NCBI GenBank assembly: GCA_035574255.1
Contig: DATLYZ010000079.1
Location: forward strand, 35,390-99,389
Reading direction: 5' to 3'
Origin: Gemmatimonadales bacterium
GTDB taxonomy: Bacteria > Gemmatimonadota > Gemmatimonadetes > Gemmatimonadales > GWC2-71-9
Length of the DNA stretch: 64,000 nt
The notes beneath the pieces are model-generated. The model saw nothing but the letters and a program-made list of their open reading frames with translations. It was not told the origin of the DNA and did no database searches. Positions 10,159 through 18,349 of the stretch are shown here, in pieces; positions within the stretch are counted from its first letter, which is position 1, and every line of letters starts with the position of its first letter. Position numbers and translations under genes: made by a program.

Positions 10159-10227
10159 CGGGATGAGCCTCCTTGCCAGCAGACGTCAAGATCAAAACGC
10201 CCGGGCGACCACGCCGCGGGCACTCGC

Positions 10228-10256
10228 TTTTTAGCATTTGTTTTACGTGGCTGCAA
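10228..10256 (-). promoter_or_regulatory. sigma-70-like promoter candidate
   Basis: Minus strand TTGCAG, 17 nt spacer, TAAAAA, in an AT-rich patch downstream of the yjbQ stop. Assignment is uncertain. Confidence 0.3.
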
Positions 10257-10321
10257 TACGCGGCAAATCACCACGGACTCGGTTGTCGTGCCCTGGACGC
10301 TAGGGGCTGGGCGGGCGATTG

Positions 10322-10789
10322 TCAAGCCTCCGCGCTCGCCGGGCTTTCCCTCCGGGCCGGGCTCCGGCCCTCCTCCCCCATCACCTTGATGATGACCCGC
10401 TTCCTCCGCTGGCCGTCCCATTCGCCGTAGAAGACCCGCTGCCAGGGGCCGAGGTCGAGGGCTCCCCGAGTGACGGGCACGATCACCTCGTGCCCGATGG
10501 TGAGGCTGCGCAAGTGCGCGGCGGCGTTGTCTTCCCCGGTGTCGTTGTGCCGGTAGCGAGCGGGATCCCAGGGCGCGATGGTGTGCTCCAGCCAGTGCAG
10601 GATGTCATGCCAGAGGCCGCTTTCGTGGTCGTTCACGAACACCGACGCCGTGATGTGCATCGCCGACACGAGGACGAAGCCCTCCGCGACGCCGCTCTCG
10701 CGAACCTGGGCCTGAACCTCGTCGGTAATGTCAATGATCTCCTGCCGGCGTTTGGTGTGGAACCAGAGATAGTGGGTATGAGTCGCCAT
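10322..10789 (-). CDS. YjbQ/UPF0047 family protein (secondary thiamine-phosphate synthase family)
   Basis: ITDEV...[24 protein letters not shown]......P....Y.HN......NAAAHLRS is characteristic of YjbQ. Confidence 0.85.
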   Translation of the reverse strand: MATHTHYLWFHTKRRQEIIDITDEVQAQVRESGVAEGFVLVSAMHITASVFVNDHESGLWHDILHWLEHTIAPWDPARYRHNDTGEDNAAAHLRSLTIGHEVIVPVTRGALDLGPWQRVFYGEWDGQRRKRVIIKVMGEEGRSPARRESPASAEA

Positions 10790-11102
10790 GGTCGGGAATC
10801 GGAGTACGGGTGCCGGGGATGGAATCGGGCGCCGGGAACGGACCCTCTGTCAGGTGCGGCTCGCCAGGCCCTCAAGCTATGGCGAAGGGCGGGGTGCCGG
10901 GAGGCGGCGTGGATGCGGCCCGACCCCGAGGAGCCCGCGGTGGCGGCCCTGGCCCGGGGGGCCGGATCCCGGACCGGCAGGCGGCCCGGCGGCGCCGCCG
11001 GCGGGTCGCGCGGATTCGGTACGCGGGCGGGTCGCGCTCAAATGGCCTGGTGCCGCGTAATCCCGGGTACGCCGCGCGCCGGGGGAGCGGTATCGTGGTA
11101 CC

Positions 11103-11501
11103 ATGCCGGCGACCCGCCACTCCACCCCACCCCATGAGCGGCTCGAAGCCTGGCGCGCCTGCCACGAGCTGCTCCTCGTGATCTACCGTGCCACGCGCAA
11201 GTGGGAGGCGGACGGAGCCCACGTCCTCATCCCCAGGGTCCACGACGCTGCCCTCGCCGCGGCCACCGCGCTCCGCCAGTTCCCCACCGCATCCGGGCCC
11301 CGGGATCGCGGACGCCTGTTGAGCGAGGCCGCGGGGGCATTGGGGTGCCTGGATTGCCTGCTCCTCGTGGGCCGGGACCTCCGCATCATTGACCCCGAGG
11401 AGGGCCGGCTCCTCGACGGATTCGTGACCCGGGCCACGCAACTGATCGGCGGGCTCCGGCGATCATGGCGCCGGCGCGGGGAGCGCGCCGGCGCGGGCTA
11501 G
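11103..11501 (+). CDS. four-helix-bundle protein (23S rRNA intervening-sequence protein family)
   Basis: RLEAWRACHELLLVIYRATRKW... and the overall helical pattern resemble TIGR02436-type proteins. This is a weak by-eye match. Confidence 0.55.
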   Translation: MPATRHSTPPHERLEAWRACHELLLVIYRATRKWEADGAHVLIPRVHDAALAAATALRQFPTASGPRDRGRLLSEAAGALGCLDCLLLVGRDLRIIDPEEGRLLDGFVTRATQLIGGLRRSWRRRGERAGAG

Positions 11502-11712
11502 CGGGAACTCGGAGCCCTCCGGTCCCCGGGCAGTCACCCGGCGCTCACCTCCCCACGGCCGGGTCGCCCCGATGCCCCAGCCTCTCCCGCCGGCGCCGGA
11601 GGCTGGCAGCCTGCCCGGTCGCCATCGCCTGTTACCCGCCTGCGGGATTTACGTGTAGATTGTTCGGACATCCCAGGATTGGGGGACCGGTGCCCTCCCG
11701 AGGGCTTCCCAG

Positions 11713-12138
11713 GTGAGCCAGATTCTTCCGCCGGCCACGGCGGATACGGTGGCAGCCGCCAGGGCGAGCTATGCCCGCTGCCTTGCGACCGCCGGCTTCC
11801 TCGAGGACTTCTACCGGGACTTTTTCCGGCGCTGCCCTCAGGCGGAGCCGCTGTTCGCCAAGACGGATTTCTCTCGCCAGGTCCGGCTGTTGCAGCACGC
11901 CATCGGGCTCCTCCTCTCCTATCCCGGGCGGGCTGGCAGCACGCCCCAGTTACTCGAACGGGTGGCCGAGCGACATAGCCGGCGCGACCTCGACATCGCG
12001 CCCGAGCTGTACGAGCCGTTCGTCACGAGCCTGGTGGCGACCGTGGGCCGCCACGATCCGGAGTTCACCCCCGAGCTGGGTGCGGCCTGGCGGGCGAGCC
12101 TCGCTCCCGGCGTCGCCTACATGCAGTCGAGGTACTGA
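11713..12138 (+). CDS. single-domain sensor-type globin
   Basis: FLEDFYRDFFRRCPQAEPLFAKTDFSRQVRLLQHAI...VAERHSRRDLDIAPELYEPF shows a globin E/F-helix pattern with a candidate proximal His. GTG start. The stop is 8 nt before the kinase start. Confidence 0.65.
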   Translation: MSQILPPATADTVAAARASYARCLATAGFLEDFYRDFFRRCPQAEPLFAKTDFSRQVRLLQHAIGLLLSYPGRAGSTPQLLERVAERHSRRDLDIAPELYEPFVTSLVATVGRHDPEFTPELGAAWRASLAPGVAYMQSRY

Positions 12139-12145
12139 GCCAGGG

Positions 12146-14824
12146 ATGGTCACGGAAGCGGCCTGTCATCGCTGCGGGCACCCGGTGCCCTCGGGCGCCC
12201 GGTTCTGCCAGAACTGCGGAGCCGACGTCTCGGCGGAGCAGGGGCTGGCCCCCACGTCGGCGGTCCCGGCGGCAGGGCGTTACGCCCCCCACGAGATGAT
12301 CCTGGAAATGCTCCGGGAGGAGACCCTCGGGGAGTACGAGATCCTGGGCGAGCTTGGCCGGGGCGGCATGGCGACGGTGTATCTGGCGCACGACATCGCC
12401 CTGGACCGCCAGGTCGCCATCAAGGTCATGTCCTCCGCCATCCTCGACGAAGGGCTGGCGGAGCGATTCCGGCGCGAAGCCCGCACCGCCGCGTCGCTCA
12501 ATCACCCGCACATCATTCCGATCTACTCGGTGCGGGAGCGCTATCCGCTGCTGTTCTTCGTCATGAAGTACATCCCCGGCCAGTCGCTCGATCCGGTGGT
12601 CAAGCAATCGGGGCCGCTGCCCGTTCCGGTGGTGCAGACGATCCTGAGTCAGGCGGGGAGCGCGCTCGCCTACGCCCACCGCCGGGGCGTCATCCACCGC
12701 GACGTCAAGCCGGCGAACATCATGATCGACGACGAGGGCTGGGTCGTCGTGACCGACTTCGGCATTGCCAAGGTCTCCTCGTCCACCGGTCTCACGATCA
12801 CCGGCATCGCGGTGGGGACGCCGGCCTACATGAGTCCGGAGCAGTGCCTGGCCCAGGAGGTGAGCGGTGCCTCCGACCAGTACTCCCTCGGCGTCGTGGC
12901 GTACGAACTGCTGGCCGGCCAGCCCGCCTTTCGCGGCGATTCGGCGATGGCCGTGATGTACGCGCACCTGAACGACACCCCGACGCCGCTGCTCGACCTG
13001 CGGCCCGATTGCCCTCCCGAACTGGCCGGGGCGGTGATGCGCATGATCGAGAAGAACCCGGCCAGCCGCTGGCCCTCCATGGATGAGGCCATCGCCGCCG
13101 TGGGGGCTCCGCCGGCCACCCAGGACACGGCCGCCCGGAAGCAGATGATCGCGCTCGCCGCGAGCGGCGCCCAGAACCGGCTCACGGCCCGGTTGAGCGT
13201 ACCCACCAGCCCCGTCCCGCGGCGGGTCGCCACACCGGCGCGCGGCACCACGCCGCAGGAGGGAGGGACGCCGACTACGGCGCCGACCCTTCCGCTCTCG
13301 GCAACCCCCCCGTCCTCGCCCCCGGTGGTGGCGGAACCCGCGGACACCGCTCCACCCAGGCGCGAACCGGTACGGGCCGTTCCGCGCCCGGCGACCGCAG
13401 TCCCGGGTCCGCTCCCCGCACGGCGGCCCTGGCTGCCGTGGCTGGCGGGATCGGCGGCGGTCGTGGCGGTGGCGGTGATGCTGGTGCGACTCGGTGGGGG
13501 CGGGTCGGGCGCTCGCGAGCCTCAGCCGGTGGTCTCCACTCCGCCCCAGGCGGTCCAGCCGAATGCCGACACCGGGAGGGTGCCACCTCGGGCTACACCC
13601 CCTGCCGCCGACTCCCAGCCGCCCGCCGTCACGGCTCAGCCGGCGCCTGCCCCGCCGCCCGCACCGGGCGTCGCCCGGATCGAGCTCGGGCCGGGGCAGG
13701 TGAGGCTCAAGCCGGGGGAAACGGTGCCGTTGAGCGCGGTGCCGAGATCCGCAGACGGGAGCCCGATTCGGGGCCAGGCCATCCGGTGGTCGAGTTCGGC
13801 GCCCGGCGTCGCGACGGTGGGTGCCGGCGGCACGGTACGGGGGGTGAAACCCGGCCGCGCGACGGTGACGGCGAGTCTCGACGGGAAGACCGCCAGCGTG
13901 CTCGTCGAGGTCGTGGCACCAGCGCCGCCCGTGGACGCGGCCGAATCGGTCGCCTCGGTGGCGGTGACTCCCGAAACCGCTTCGGTGCCAGTCGGTGCAG
14001 TGGTTCGGCTCTCGGCGACCGTAGTCGGCAGCCGGGGCACCCGCCTCGATCGCCCAGTGCGGTGGTCGGCGAGTTCGTCGGCGGCAGCCGTCTCCCAGGC
14101 CGGGGAGGTTCAGGGGCTGGCGCCGGGAACGGCGATCATCACGGCCTCGAGCGAGGGCCGGGCCGGCACGGCCACGGTCCGGGTGACACCGGTTCCGGTG
14201 ACCTCGTTGAGTGTCGAGCCCGCCGCGGCGCAGCTCAAGGTCGGGGACAGCCTCCGCCTGGTCGCGACGCCGCGGGATGCCCGGGGCGGAGCGCTCGCCG
14301 AGCGCGCCGTGAAATGGGAGTCGAGCGACCCGGCCGTGGCGTCGGTCGGGGGGGGCCTGGTGGTGGCGCGCGGCGCTGGCCTGGCCACGATCACGGCGAG
14401 CGCTGAAGGGCGCTCCGGGACGAGCCGGATCACCGTGACGGCCCCGGCCCCTCCGGCCCGCCCGGATACCGTGGTTGACCGGGCGGCGGCAGCGGCTGCG
14501 GTAGACCGCCTGGTCCGCAGCTTCGCGCAGGCGATCGAGAGCCGCGACATGGCGCAGGTGCGTCGAGCGTATCCCGGGATGTCTTCCGGCGAAGAGGCCG
14601 ACTGGCGGGCGTTGCTGGAGGAACCGAATCTCACCCGACTCCAGGTGGCGCTCGAGGATCTGTCGCCCGCCCGGATCGAGGGAACCAGCGCCGAAGCCCA
14701 GTTCCGGCTCCAGCTCACGCTGCGCTTCCGGGGCCGGCCGGACAGCAAGCAGGATCTGCGTTACCGGGCCAGCTTCGATCGAAGCGGCGGCGAATGGCGC
14801 CTGGTTCGGCTCACGCCGCGTTAG
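12146..14824 (+). CDS. Hanks-type Ser/Thr protein kinase: zinc ribbon, kinase, TM helix, 3x Big_2, NTF2-like C-terminus
   Basis: ATG at 12146 within ORF 11771..14824. Motifs: CHRCGHPVPSGARFCQNCG; GRGGMATVYLA...AIKVM; HRDVKPANIMI; DFGIAK; GTPAYMSPEQ. A Pro-rich linker and a TM helix follow, then three repeats of the type V.P....L..G....L.A........I.W.SS.P.VA.V...G.V.G...G.A.ITA. Confidence 0.9.
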   Translation: MVTEAACHRCGHPVPSGARFCQNCGADVSAEQGLAPTSAVPAAGRYAPHEMILEMLREETLGEYEILGELGRGGMATVYLAHDIALDRQVAIKVMSSAILDEGLAERFRREARTAASLNHPHIIPIYSVRERYPLLFFVMKYIPGQSLDPVVKQSGPLPVPVVQTILSQAGSALAYAHRRGVIHRDVKPANIMIDDEGWVVVTDFGIAKVSSSTGLTITGIAVGTPAYMSPEQCLAQEVSGASDQYSLGVVAYELLAGQPAFRGDSAMAVMYAHLNDTPTPLLDLRPDCPPELAGAVMRMIEKNPASRWPSMDEAIAAVGAPPATQDTAARKQMIALAASGAQNRLTARLSVPTSPVPRRVATPARGTTPQEGGTPTTAPTLPLSATPPSSPPVVAEPADTAPPRREPVRAVPRPATAVPGPLPARRPWLPWLAGSAAVVAVAVMLVRLGGGGSGAREPQPVVSTPPQAVQPNADTGRVPPRATPPAADSQPPAVTAQPAPAPPPAPGVARIELGPGQVRLKPGETVPLSAVPRSADGSPIRGQAIRWSSSAPGVATVGAGGTVRGVKPGRATVTASLDGKTASVLVEVVAPAPPVDAAESVASVAVTPETASVPVGAVVRLSATVVGSRGTRLDRPVRWSASSSAAAVSQAGEVQGLAPGTAIITASSEGRAGTATVRVTPVPVTSLSVEPAAAQLKVGDSLRLVATPRDARGGALAERAVKWESSDPAVASVGGGLVVARGAGLATITASAEGRSGTSRITVTAPAPPARPDTVVDRAAAAAAVDRLVRSFAQAIESRDMAQVRRAYPGMSSGEEADWRALLEEPNLTRLQVALEDLSPARIEGTSAEAQFRLQLTLRFRGRPDSKQDLRYRASFDRSGGEWRLVRLTPR

Positions 14825-14856
14825 GGCGCCTGGGCAGGCTCTCGAATCCCCGATCT

Positions 14857-14881
14857 GGGCCAGGCTTTTCGACCCTGGCCC
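14857..14881 (+). terminator. hairpin downstream of the kinase gene (no clear U tract)
   Basis: GGGCCAGG-cttttcgac-CCTGGCCC. Confidence 0.35.
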
Positions 14882-15432
14882 GCTGGCCTGGCCGCTCGTT
14901 TCTGGTCATACGCTGGGTGAGCTCGTTCCACGCGTGCAGGCTGTTGACTGATCGGGCCATGTCGGCCGGCGGGCCGGTGGGGCACTCCGCGCGCTGGGAT
15001 CGCGCCGCGGCCCATGCCGGGCCCTGGGTCTCGACGCGGCGCTTCACCAACGCGCGCTCCGGGCCCCCACCGGCCCGCCGGCTCCGGTGTCGGTGGAGAT
15101 GCGCCAGGAATCGGGGCGCGCTGTTGTCCGGAGGGGTTTCCAGCATGCCGGCCGCCCCGCACCCGAGATAAAGGGTGTATGTCAGGCGCCCCGCCGGACT
15201 CGGCGACCTGGATCCGGCGGGCACGCCAGCCGGTGCAGGGTCGCCGAAGGCCCGTGGGAAGACACCGCTCGGAACGCGCCGCGGCTCCGGAACCGGCCGA
15301 TCCCGGCGCCGCCCAGCCGACGCGGGTGGGGCCCCTGGCTTCCGGGCCCCCAGGCCCGCGAGCTCACCGAGGCGGTTTGACAACCGCCCGATGGGGCCTA
15401 CATTGGCTGCCAGCTACCTTTGGGGATCCTCC

Positions 15433-16074
15433 ATGCGAACCCGCCTGTCGCAGCTAGCGGTGGCCGCCTCGGCCGCCGCGTTCGGGGGCTGGTCCTGTAG
15501 CAATGAGTGTCCGAACTGCCCGGGATCCCCCGCCGCCGTGCAGGTCTCCCCGGGCACTGCCTCCGTGCTTCCCGCGCGCAGCGTGCAGCTTGCGGCCCTG
15601 GTGTACGATGGCGAGGGCAATCTGCTGAACGGTCACCGGGTCACGTGGTCCTCGAACGATCAGTCCGTGGCGACCGTGGACACGGCGGGACTCGTGACCG
15701 GCGTGGCGGTGGGCTCGGCCACCATCACCGCCTCGGTGGCGGGCCTCAATGCGAACGGGGTCGTGAACGTCGTCACGACGTCCACCCTTTCGGGACAGGT
15801 GCAGCCGATTCTCCAGACCTCCTGCGCCACGGCGTTCTGCCACGTGTCCCCCGGTCCCTCGCCCACCATGACCAGTGCTGCCGTTTCCTACAACTCGCTG
15901 GTGGCGAGCGGGACGACGTACATCACGCCCGGGGACACCACGGTCGGCCTGCTGCTCCAGCGGCTCAAGAGCACCACGGCTCCGATGCCGCCCGGTGCCC
16001 CGTTCGCCCAGCTCCAGCCCGGGAACTACGACCTCATCGCCCTCTGGATTGCCCAGGGCGCGCAGAACAACTGA
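15433..16074 (+). CDS. lipoprotein with a Big_2 domain and a planctomycete-cytochrome-c-like (PSCyt1-like) domain carrying CX4CH
   Basis: ATG at 15433 within ORF 15175..16074. Signal/lipobox-like AAAFGGWSCS. A Big_2 repeat is present. The C-terminus QPILQTSCATAFCHV...ITPGD...LLLQRL...MPPG...LIALWIAQGA follows the PSCyt1 pattern, but with 4 residues between the cysteines. Confidence 0.7.
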   Translation: MRTRLSQLAVAASAAAFGGWSCSNECPNCPGSPAAVQVSPGTASVLPARSVQLAALVYDGEGNLLNGHRVTWSSNDQSVATVDTAGLVTGVAVGSATITASVAGLNANGVVNVVTTSTLSGQVQPILQTSCATAFCHVSPGPSPTMTSAAVSYNSLVASGTTYITPGDTTVGLLLQRLKSTTAPMPPGAPFAQLQPGNYDLIALWIAQGAQNN

Positions 16075-16078
16075 AGCG

Positions 16079-17428
16079 CTAGAAGGCGTACTCCGCTCCC
16101 AGCGTTCCCGCCCAGTCTCCGCGCATGCCCCCGTCGTTCAGGGGGATCAGGGCGTTGGTCACCAGGGTCAGGCCGCGGCCGGTCAGGAACTTGAACCCCA
16201 GGGAGGCGTCCACGATGTGGTCGCGGCGGTTCGGGATGCTGGTCGGCCGGACCCGCCGGAGCGTGGGTGCGGTGAAGGTGACGGGTCCTGGCAGCACCAG
16301 CGGGTTGTCCCCGACCTCCCACTGCGAAATAAAATCCACGGCGAGCGTGACCGACGGCGAGACCAGTTGATCGAACCCGGCGGTCGCCAGCACGGCGTCG
16401 GTGAGCGAGTTGCCGGCCCGGTAGAGGTACCCGCCGTTCAGGTGCGGGGAGAAGCTGCCGAAGCGGCCCGACAGGATGGCGAGGCCGCGCACGGCGAACT
16501 CGCCGGTGCCGAGGAAGTCGTCTTCGTTGCCGGTGGGGAAGCGCACGTCGGCCAGGAAACCGAACGCGCCGCGGTCGGTCCCGCCCAGGTTGACCTTGAG
16601 CCGGGCCGCGACGTCGCCGATGCCGGTGGCGTTGTCGTCGATCGAGGAGGCCGAGGCGAGCGAGGGGTTGGCGGCGGTCCCGAAGAAGTGGGGGGTGGGG
16701 AAGCTGAATGGGACCACGCGGGCGATGCTGCCGCCCCGGAGGTCGACCCGGACCAGGGGGACGGCAACGCCCAGGTCCACCCGGTCGAGCAGGCCGAAGG
16801 TGAGGAAGAGCGAGGCGACCTGGAGGTCGAAGTCGATCGAGGTGTTGACCTCGATCACGTCGTTTTCGAAGCTCGGGCTTCCGAGCGCGGTGTCGGCGGC
16901 GGCGAAGCCCGGGCAGGGGGTCCCGGGCACCCAGGCGGGGTTGGTGCGGCACACGTTCTGGTGGGTGAACGTGAACGCGAGGTTCTCGAGCGGCACCCCG
17001 CGCACGGCCTGGAACGTGGTTGCCGTGAGGTTCACCCCGGCGAGGAACCGCCCGCGCCCCAGAGTCTGGACTCGCTCGCCGAAGATCGGTCCGGCCGACA
17101 CCGCGGTACGCACCGGGCGCCCGCCCTCGAAGCGGAAGGCCACCCCGCTCGTGGCGGCGCTGATCGGCACGTTGGCGACCGCGACCGCGATCGCGCCCGA
17201 GAGGAAGCCGAGCAGGTTGTCGGTCCCGGCCACGGTGGACCCGATGTAGTGGTCGCCGTGTCCGGTGGCGGAGCTCACGCTGGCGTTGAGGCAGAGAGGT
17301 TCCGGGCAGTCGCCGAAGCGGAACAGGTCGGGAATGCGCGACTTGAGTCCCGAGCCCTCCTGGGCGGCGAGCGGCGCGGCGGCGAGGTAGACGGCCAGGG
17401 CGGCCGGCGCGAGGCGGGACGGACGCAT
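16079..17428 (-). CDS. outer-membrane beta-barrel protein (MetA-pathway/transporter-like)
   Basis: ATG at 17428 within ORF 16079..17497. Signal peptide ...AAAPLAAQ. Alternating beta-strand pattern, DVRFPTGNEDDFLGTG, and a C-terminal ...GAEYAF. Confidence 0.75.
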   Translation of the reverse strand: MRPSRLAPAALAVYLAAAPLAAQEGSGLKSRIPDLFRFGDCPEPLCLNASVSSATGHGDHYIGSTVAGTDNLLGFLSGAIAVAVANVPISAATSGVAFRFEGGRPVRTAVSAGPIFGERVQTLGRGRFLAGVNLTATTFQAVRGVPLENLAFTFTHQNVCRTNPAWVPGTPCPGFAAADTALGSPSFENDVIEVNTSIDFDLQVASLFLTFGLLDRVDLGVAVPLVRVDLRGGSIARVVPFSFPTPHFFGTAANPSLASASSIDDNATGIGDVAARLKVNLGGTDRGAFGFLADVRFPTGNEDDFLGTGEFAVRGLAILSGRFGSFSPHLNGGYLYRAGNSLTDAVLATAGFDQLVSPSVTLAVDFISQWEVGDNPLVLPGPVTFTAPTLRRVRPTSIPNRRDHIVDASLGFKFLTGRGLTLVTNALIPLNDGGMRGDWAGTLGAEYAF

Positions 17429-17512
17429 GGGAACTCCCTGAAGGGAATAGGAAGGCGCGACTATCATACCGGCCGCCCAGGGGCGGCGCAATGCCACCCG
17501 CCCCGCCCGGCC

Positions 17513-18349
17513 CTACCGCAACAGGTCCTCCAGTTGCACACTCAGGTCCGTCTTCTCGTCCCGGTACTTGACGATGACGGGCGCGTAGAGGCCGATGCCG
17601 CGCTCGCGGCCCGGCCCCCGACTCACCGGACGAGTGCCGGGCACGACCACGGCGCCGGCGGGGATTTCGAGCGGCCGATCGCCCTCGCGGCGGTAGGTGC
17701 GGTCGCGGACCAGGTCCACCACGACGGTCCCCCCGCTCAGAATGGTGCCGGGGGCGAGCACCGCGCCGGCTCGCACGATCGTGCCCTCGTACACCCCGGC
17801 GCCTCCGCCCACCAGCACGTCGTCCTCGATGATGACCGGGAGGGCGCCCGGGGGCTCGAGGACCCCGCCGATCTGCGCGGCGGCGGAGAGGTGCACCCGC
17901 TTCCCGATCTGGGCGCAGGAACCCACGAGGGCGTGCGAGTCGATCATGGTGCCCTCGTCCACGTAGGCGCCGACGTTGACGAACATCGGCGGCATGCAGA
18001 TCACGCCGCGCGCGAGGTAACACCCGTCCCGGATCGAGGATCCGCCCGGCACCACCCGGATCCCGTCCTCCAGGGCGAGCGGGCGGAGGGGGTAGGTGTC
18101 CTTGTCGAAGAAGGGGAACGGCCCCTCCGCCACCCGCTGGAGCGTGCCTAACTTGAAGCCGAGCAGGATGCCCTGCTTCACCCAGTGATTGACGTGCCAG
18201 GCGCCGCGCGCGTCCCGCTCGGCGACGCGGACCCGCCCGCTGTTCAGCTCCGCCTTGAGCGTCTCGAACGCGGCCCGGGCCCAGCCCTCCTCCCCGGCCG
18301 GGACCTCCCGGGCGAAGCGCTCGATCTCCTGCCGCAGGGTCTCGATCAC
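17513..18349 (-). CDS. dapD: 2,3,4,5-tetrahydropyridine-2,6-dicarboxylate N-succinyltransferase
   Basis: Hexapeptide-repeat region MFVNVGAYVDEGTMIDSHALVGSCAQIGKRVHLSAAAQIGGVLEP. The GTG at 18349 overlaps the dapA stop (GTGA). Confidence 0.9.
   Translation of the reverse strand: MIETLRQEIERFAREVPAGEEGWARAAFETLKAELNSGRVRVAERDARGAWHVNHWVKQGILLGFKLGTLQRVAEGPFPFFDKDTYPLRPLALEDGIRVVPGGSSIRDGCYLARGVICMPPMFVNVGAYVDEGTMIDSHALVGSCAQIGKRVHLSAAAQIGGVLEPPGALPVIIEDDVLVGGGAGVYEGTIVRAGAVLAPGTILSGGTVVVDLVRDRTYRREGDRPLEIPAGAVVVPGTRPVSRGPGRERGIGLYAPVIVKYRDEKTDLSVQLEDLLR

Larger units (their letters stand above)
9963..10174 (-). promoter_or_regulatory. transcription-attenuator leader of the ThrC-like operon
   Basis: On the minus strand, in order: SD AAGGAGG (10168-10174), a 31-codon sORF, the anti-terminator strand GGGGAGCGACCGG (10086-10098), the terminator (10001-10037), then the ThrC-like ATG at 9962. 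The anti-terminator strand pairs 12/13 with the terminator 5' arm plus loop. Confidence 0.55.

Noticed and set aside
10040-10200. SAM-I, SAM-IV, TPP, Moco or SAH riboswitch identity for the ThrC-like leader.
   Set aside because: The leader starts with a CUCAUCC-like segment, but the defining cores I remember are absent: GAGGGA...GCAACC for SAM-I/IV, CUGAGA...ACCUGA for TPP, and the SAH core. My recollection of the Moco motif is too weak to judge. The leader-peptide attenuator explanation fits the sequence better.
14831-14850. tRNA-like T-arm impression (CTCGAATCC).
   Set aside because: No GTTCGAATC core, no acceptor or anticodon stems, and no cloverleaf can be drawn. No tRNA was found anywhere in the window by eye.
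14811-15383. A 190 aa minus-strand ORF (or a 111 aa version from the ATG at 15146) in the 600 nt gap between the kinase and the lipoprotein gene.
   Set aside because: No recognisable motif. It overlaps the kinase 3' end and contains the kinase terminator-like hairpin in its own 3' part. The composition is the same Arg/Pro/Gly-rich type as the shadow ORFs. The gap may still hide a small gene or RNA, but I cannot support one.
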